Below, in pieces: positions 58,070 to 64,000 of a stretch of 64,000 bases of DNA. Both the position numbers and the translations under genes were made by a program. The notes beneath the pieces are model-generated. The model ran no database searches. It had not been told where the DNA came from and saw only the letters and a program-made list of their open reading frames with translations. Source of the DNA: Centroscyllium fabricii (Eukaryota); assembly GCA_051313645.2 (NCBI GenBank), contig JBNRSN020000003.1, positions 431,706,001 to 431,770,000 of the forward strand, read 5' to 3'. Position 1 is the stretch's first letter. Every line of letters starts with the position of its first letter.

Positions 58070-59945
58070 TCAGGTCCCCTCCCTAACTTTTTCCTCCATT
58101 CCATTGCTGATTGTGTTGGTAGTGTTTCCTGCTTTTACCGACCGTGAGAATTTGTTTAACTATGCTTCCACTTCTCACCCATCCCTCACCTGTCTGCGGT
58201 CCACCTCTGAATTCCCTGCCTTTCCTCATCATCTCTCTTGCCCTCTCTGGAAATGTGCTTCCCTGAGACATCTACTCCAAGCCAAGAGGCCTCCCCAAAA
58301 CTACCTGGATTGTGTTTCTTCCCACCCCATTTCCTTTAAAGACTGCATCCCTTTCTCTCAATGTTTTAGTTCTCCTTACAACTCTTCTGATGAAGGCATT
58401 TTCTCCATCAAAGCTTCAGAAATGTCGTTTTTACTCAACTAACAGTGATCAAGATGACCCCGACCACATACACTCTATTTCCCATGCCTCTATTTTCACC
58501 CCTCCCTCTTTTTCTCACAATAGTGTCTCACTTTCCACCGTACTAATCTCTATAAAAAAAACAATTATCTTCCAGCATTTTCATCACCTACAACCAAATT
58601 CCCACATCACAACAGTGACTACACTTCAAACGTACTTTTTTTAAAAATTCATTGATGGGATGTGGGCATCGCTGGCTGGCTAGGCCTGCATTTAGTGCCC
58701 ATCCCTAATTGCCCTTGAGAAGATAGTGGTGAGCTGCCTTCTTGAACCGCTGCAGTCCATATGGTGTATGTACACCCACAATGTTGCGTAGCGGTTGTTT
58801 ACAACTGAGTGGCTTGCTAAGCCATTTCAGAGGGCATTAAGAGTCAACCACATTGCTGTGGGTCTGGAGTCACATGTAGGCCAGACCAGGTAAGGACGGC
58901 AGATTTCCTTCCCTAAAGGACATTAGTGAACCAGATGGGTTTTTTCAACAATCGACAATGGTATCACGGTCGCCATTACTAAGACTAACATTTAATTCCA
59001 GAATTAAATTGAATTGAATTTAAATTCCACCAGCTGCCATGGTGGGATTTGAACCCATATCCTCAGAGCATTTGACTGAGCCTCTGGCTTACTAGTCTAG
59101 TGACATAACCACTATGCCACCGCCTCCCCATAAACTGATTGTAAAGCGCCTTAGGACGTCCTGAGGTCGTGAAAGGCGACAAATAAATGCAAGTCTTTTT
59201 TTCTTTCAAATATTTATTCCCCTCCCCTCTGATTTTTGCAGAGTGATTATTCGCTCTATAATATCCTTGTTCATTCTTTCACCACCCGAACATCTAGCGT
59301 TGTCTTTCCCCTGGCACTTTTCTATGCAACCACGGCATGTTCAATTCACCTCTTCCTGTACCCTTGCCAGGAACACAAACATTCCTTCCACAGGAGACAG
59401 GAATTGATGTACTTCCTCCAATTTAGCATAGTGCACTGCGCTCACTGCTGAAGGTGGGGTCTCCGCTGCACAGAGGAGAGGAAATGCAGATGAAGTGGTC
59501 ACTTTGCCCAACATCTCTGTTCTGTCCACAAATGTAACCCTGACCTCCCATTGGCTTGCCACTTTAACCTCCTCTCCCATTCCCACTTTAACCCCTTGGT
59601 ATACAACATCCTACATTGTGGGACACAGTATACCAAATTCAACATTCACTCCAGAAATAGTACCTCATCTCTTTTTTTTTTTTAATATTAATTCTTGGGA
59701 GGTGGCCGTCGCTGGCAAGGCATTTAGTGTGACAGAGGGGGCCACACCCGAAACATTAACTCCCGTTTTCATCAGATGCTGCTCAACCTGGAGTGTTTCC
59801 AACATTTCCTGTTTTTGCTTGGCTTATCTTTCCGCTTTGAATTCCGCCACAGAGTTATACTTGAAATGTTAAAACTATCTTGTCTCTTCACAGATTTTGA
59901 TGGGCATTTAGTTTTAGTTTCAGATTTACAGCATTTGCATTTTTT
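58070..59945 (+). mobile_element. Decayed autonomous Penelope-like element (RT C-terminus, GIY-YIG remnant, family 2 pLTR)
   Basis: NYLDCVSSHPISFKDCIPFSQ at about 58300-58360; GLRCTEERKCR*SGHFAQHLCSV at about 59460-59525 resembles GLLYIGETKRRLGDRFAEHLRSV; pLTR at about 59728-59820. Confidence 0.62.
58636..59130 (-). mobile_element. tRNA-headed SINE sharing the 3' tail of the L2/CR1-group LINE
   Basis: gggaggcggtggcatagtgg...gggttcaaatcccacc head; tail gccagcgatgcccacatccc. Confidence 0.72.
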
Positions 59946-60189
59946 CCCATTTTAATGTGGGGGGTTTTAGCAAAAGGGTGACAGGTTCCTCTGTTTTGTT
60001 AACACGGGCCTGTCTACTATGAGATGAGGCGAGAACAAGTGGTTTATTCTAGGGTGGGTGCCCTTCAAAGAGATACACTTTGCAGCATACAAGGGGTAGT
60101 CTAACAATTTCACAAAGTTTAACAGTAAATTTCAACATGTAAAAAATCAGGTGCAGTGGTAAAGGTTTAGAGCAACTATTTTCGAGCAA

Positions 60190-61728
60190 CATGTTTGCAA
60201 GGTTTCCAAAAGGCATTTGACAAGATGCCACACAAAAGATTACTGCACAAGGTAAAAAAATAACAGGATTGGGGTAATATACTGGCATGGGTATGGCTAT
60301 CTAACAGAAAACAGAGAGTTGGGATAAATGGTTCATTCTCGGATTGGTAATCAGTGACTAGTGGTGTTTCGCAGGGGTCAGTGCTGGGACCCCAACATCT
60401 GCATGGTGGCACAGTGGTTAGCATTGTTGTCTCACAGCACTGGAGACCTGGGTTCAAATCCAGCCTCGGGTACTATCTGTGTGGAGTTTGCACATTCTCC
60501 CCGTGTCTGCGTGGGTTTCCTCCGGGTGCTCCGGTTTCCTCCCACAGTCCAAAGCTGTGCGGATTAGGTTGATTGGCCATGATAAATTGACCCTTAGTGT
60601 TAGGGGGATTGAATATGTGGGGTTACGGGGATAGGGTGGGATATGTGTCGATGCAGGCTCGATAGAGATCGAGGGATATGGGGACAAGGCAGGGACAGGA
60701 TACTGGGTTTGGATGATCAGCCATGATCTCATTGAATGGCGGAGCAGGCTTGAAGGGCCGAATGGCCTACTCCTGCTCCTAGTTTCTATGTTCACAATCT
60801 ATATTAACGATTTGGAGGAAGGGACCGAGTGCAACGTATCTAAGTTTGCTGACAATACTAAGATGGGAGGGAAAGCAGTGAGTGAGGAGGACATAGAAAA
60901 CCTGCAAAGGGACATAGACAGGTTAGGTGAGTGGGCAAAGATTGGGCAGATGAAATATAATGTTGGAAAGTGTGAGGTTATGCACTTTGGCAAAAAAAAT
61001 CAAAGAGCAAGTTATTATCTGAATGGAGAGAAACTTCAAAGTGCTACAGTACAAAGGGATCTGGGGGTCCTGGTGCATGAAGCACAGAAGGTTAGTATAC
61101 AGGTACAGCAGGTGATCAGGAAGGCAAATGGAATCTTGGCTTTTATTGCAAGGGGGATGGAGTATAAAAGCAGGGAAGTCTTGCTGCAGTTATACAAGGT
61201 ACTGGAAAGGCCACATCTGGAATACTGCGTACAGTGTTGGTTTCCATATTTGGGAAAGAACATACTTGCTCTCGAGGCAGTTCAGAGAAGATTCACTCGG
61301 TTGATTCCGGAGATGAGGGGGTTGACTGATGAGAAAAGGTTGAGTAAGTTGGGCCTCTACTCATTGGAGTTCAGAAGAGAGGCGATCTTATCGAAACATA
61401 TAGATTGTGAGAGGGTTTGATCGGGTGGATGCGGTGAGGATGTTTCTACTGATGGGTGAGACTAGAACTAGGGGGCATATTCTGAGAAACTTCTTCACTC
61501 AGAGGGGAGTAAATCTATGGAATTTGCTGCCTCAGCGAGCTGTGGAAGCTGCAACATTAAATAAATTTAAATCGGAAATCGACAGTTTCCTAGCTAATAA
61601 GGGAATAAGGGGTTACGGGGAACGGGCAGGAAGTGGACGTAAATCTAAGTTCGGATCAGCCATGGTCCTATTAAATGGCGGAGCAGGCATGAAGGGCTGT
61701 ATGGCCTACTCCTGCTTCTTATGTTTCA
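60190..61728 (+). mobile_element. CR1 RT fragment interrupted by an HE1 SINE
   Basis: TSGVSQGSVLGPQ | SINE | FTIYINDLEEG...SKFADNTK. Confidence 0.87.
60401..60791 (+). mobile_element. HE1-type V-SINE
   Basis: head, V-domain and CR1-derived tail. Confidence 0.87.
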
Positions 61729-61914
61729 GTCTCAAGGCCAGCTGTCACATTTAACCCGGGTGCCACTGGTCGGAAGAATTTCATCATCTGTCGGCTGGGG
61801 TTAAGCATCACAAGAGATGGTGCATTACACCCACAGGGAAGACCTTCCCATCAGTAGTACTTGCAGAATTACCTAATTTTTCAGCTGTGGCTAAGTGGGT
61901 ATACTTCATGGACG

Positions 61915-62597
61915 TGAGCACATAATCCAGGCTGACACTTCAGTGCAGTACTGAGGGAGTGCTGCATTGTTGGAGGTTTTTTTAAAATTTATTGATGGGA
62001 TGTGGGCGTCGCTGGCTGGCTAGGCCTGCATTTAGTGCCCATCCCTAATTGCCCTTGAGAAGATGGTGTTGAGCCACCTTCTTGAACCGCTGCAGTCCAT
62101 ATGATGCAGGTACACCCACAATGTTGTTAGGAAGGGAGTTCCAGGATTTTGGCCCAGCGACAGTGAAGGAGCGGCGATACAGGTCCAAGTCAGGATGGTG
62201 TGTGGCTTGGAGGGGAACTTGTAGGTGGTGCTGTTCCCATGCGTCTGCTGCCCTTGTCCTTCTAAGTGGTGGAGGTGCTATTTTTCAGATGAGACATGAA
62301 ACCGAGGCCCCCGTCTGTCCTCTCAGGTGGACGTATAAGATCCCATGGCACTATTTTGAAGAAAGGTAGGGGAGTTATCCCCAGTGTCCTGGCTAACATT
62401 TATCCCTTAACCAATATCACTAAAAAACAGATTATCTGGTCATTATCTCATTGCTGTTTGTGGGACCTCGCTGTGTGTAAATTGACAGCCGCATTTCCTA
62501 CATTACAACAGTGGCTACACTTCAACAGTTCATTGGCTGTAAAGCGCTTTGGACTTCGAGGCATTTATATAGCACCTTTTACAGCAAGTCTTTTTTA
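61915..62597 (+). mobile_element. DeuSINE interrupted by an inverted LINE tail (about 61976-62270)
   Basis: gagcacataatccaggctgacact ... aaaccgaggcccc ... gatcccatggcact. Confidence 0.7.
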
Positions 62598-62664
62598 AAT
62601 CTCAGTTTGCATAGGAATCTAATTCATTAGTTCACTTAATTCCTTCAAAGGAGATAATCTGACT

Positions 62665-63535
62665 AATTGTCATCCTGTAAACAGTTCCATTCGCAATTCC
62701 TCAAATAATGAAGCAGTCTGTGCCCATATGCAGCAAGGCCTGGACAACATCCAGGCTTGGGCTGATAAATGGCAAGCAACATTCGTGCCAAACAAGTGCC
62801 AGACAATGACCATCTCCAATGAGAGTCTTAACCACCTTCTCTTGACATTCAATGGCATTACCATCCTCGAACTCCCACCATCAACATCCTAGGGGGTCAC
62901 CATTGACCTGAAACTTAACTGGACTAGCCACATAAATACAGTGGTGCAAGAGCAGGTCAGAGGCTGGGTGTTCTGCAGCGAGTGACTCATCTTCTGATTC
63001 CCCGAAGCGCTTCCACCATCTATAAATCACAAGTCAGGAGTGCGATGGAATACTCTCCACTTGCCTGGATAAGTGCAGCTCCAACAACACTCAAGAAGCT
63101 CAACGCCATCCAGGTCAAAGCAGCCCGCTTGATTGGCACCCCATCCATTACCGGCACAACGCGGCTGCAGTGTGTAGCATCTACAAGATGCACTGCAGTA
63201 ACTCACCAAGGCTTCTTTGACAGCACCTCCCACACCTGCGACCTCTTCCACCTAGAAGGACAAGGGCAGCAGGCGCATGGGAACACCACCATCTTCAAGT
63301 TCCCCTCCAAGTCACACACCATCCAGACTTGCAAATATATCACCGATCCTTCATTGTCGCTGGGTCAAAATCCTGGAACTCCCTACCTAACAGCAGTGTC
63401 GGAGTACCTTCATCTCACGGACTGCAGCGGTTCAAGGCGGTGGCTCACCACCACCATCTGAAGGGCAATTAGGCATAGGTAATAAATGCTGGCCTTGACA
63501 GCGACGCCCACATCCCATGAATTAATTTTTTTTAA
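62665..63535 (+). mobile_element. L2/CR1-group LINE 3' portion
   Basis: IYKSQVRSAMEYSPLAWISAAPTTLKKL; same tail as the 1415 and 61976 copies. Confidence 0.8.
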
Positions 63536-63932
63536 ACCACCATGGCTGATGGAGTAGATTAGGTCCATTTGTCGTGGAGCCTGGAAAATCCCGCTATCCC
63601 AGCTCGGAGAGACTACCACAGTATAACTCATGATACAAAACTCTTAACATTACAGTAAAACATCCCTCTTGCTTCTGACAGGAGCTGTTATAGCTGGCTA
63701 TATAGTTAGACAGAAAATCTCAATTACAAGAACTATTTTGCTGGTCCCCAAGAAAATAATTCAACAGCTGTCTGATCAGTTCAACTAATTTTGTACACTA
63801 TCTGGATACTGGACCTTGCTAAATGTAATTTTTAAAACCAAAAGCAGCTGCTGGTGGGGGCAAAAATATAAATTGAGGGCTACAAATAAAGCAAAAATAT
63901 TTCAACAATTAAAACAAAGAAAATGGATATAC

Positions 63933-64000
63933 TTGGTTCGCAAAACGGTCATAGCACTGTCCCTGCGGTCCTGCCACAGCGCATGCAAAAAAGCAATGGC
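63933..64000 (-). CDS. NUP188: NUP188 exon (partial, runs off the window)
   Basis: AIAFLHALWQDRRDSAMTVLRT(K)|gt. Confidence 0.94.

Noticed and set aside
58384-58425. CTGATGAAGG...GAAA as another hammerhead
   Set aside because: It lies within the Penelope ORF remnant, and no convincing stem I or II pairing is present.

Overview
Vertebrate genomic DNA, almost certainly a shark or other elasmobranch, judging by HER1-type CR1 LINEs, HE1-type V-SINEs and SacSINE1-type DeuSINEs. Two host genes face each other tail-to-tail. RAPGEF1/C3G contributes its last 3 coding exons (+, 3155-6443) and NUP188 its last 18 coding exons (-, 19866-64000); splice sites and exon phases were checked by hand and are consistent. 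The introns are dense with nested mobile elements: CR1, Rex1/Babar and L2/CR1-group LINEs, several tRNA-SINEs, Penelope-like foldback elements with minimal hammerhead-ribozyme motifs, Harbinger-like MITEs, and a Tigger/pogo-like MITE family (TA TSD, CAGGTTG...TAATCCGG TIRs) whose copies carry different GC-rich payloads. The top finding is one such MITE (39137-40266) that has captured the head-to-head CYB561D2/NPRL2 bidirectional promoter with both first coding exons and their splice donors, and carries it inside a NUP188 intron as a Pack-TIR-type capture. Family names and protein identities rest on recognition from memory; no searches were run, and boundaries of old repeats are approximate.
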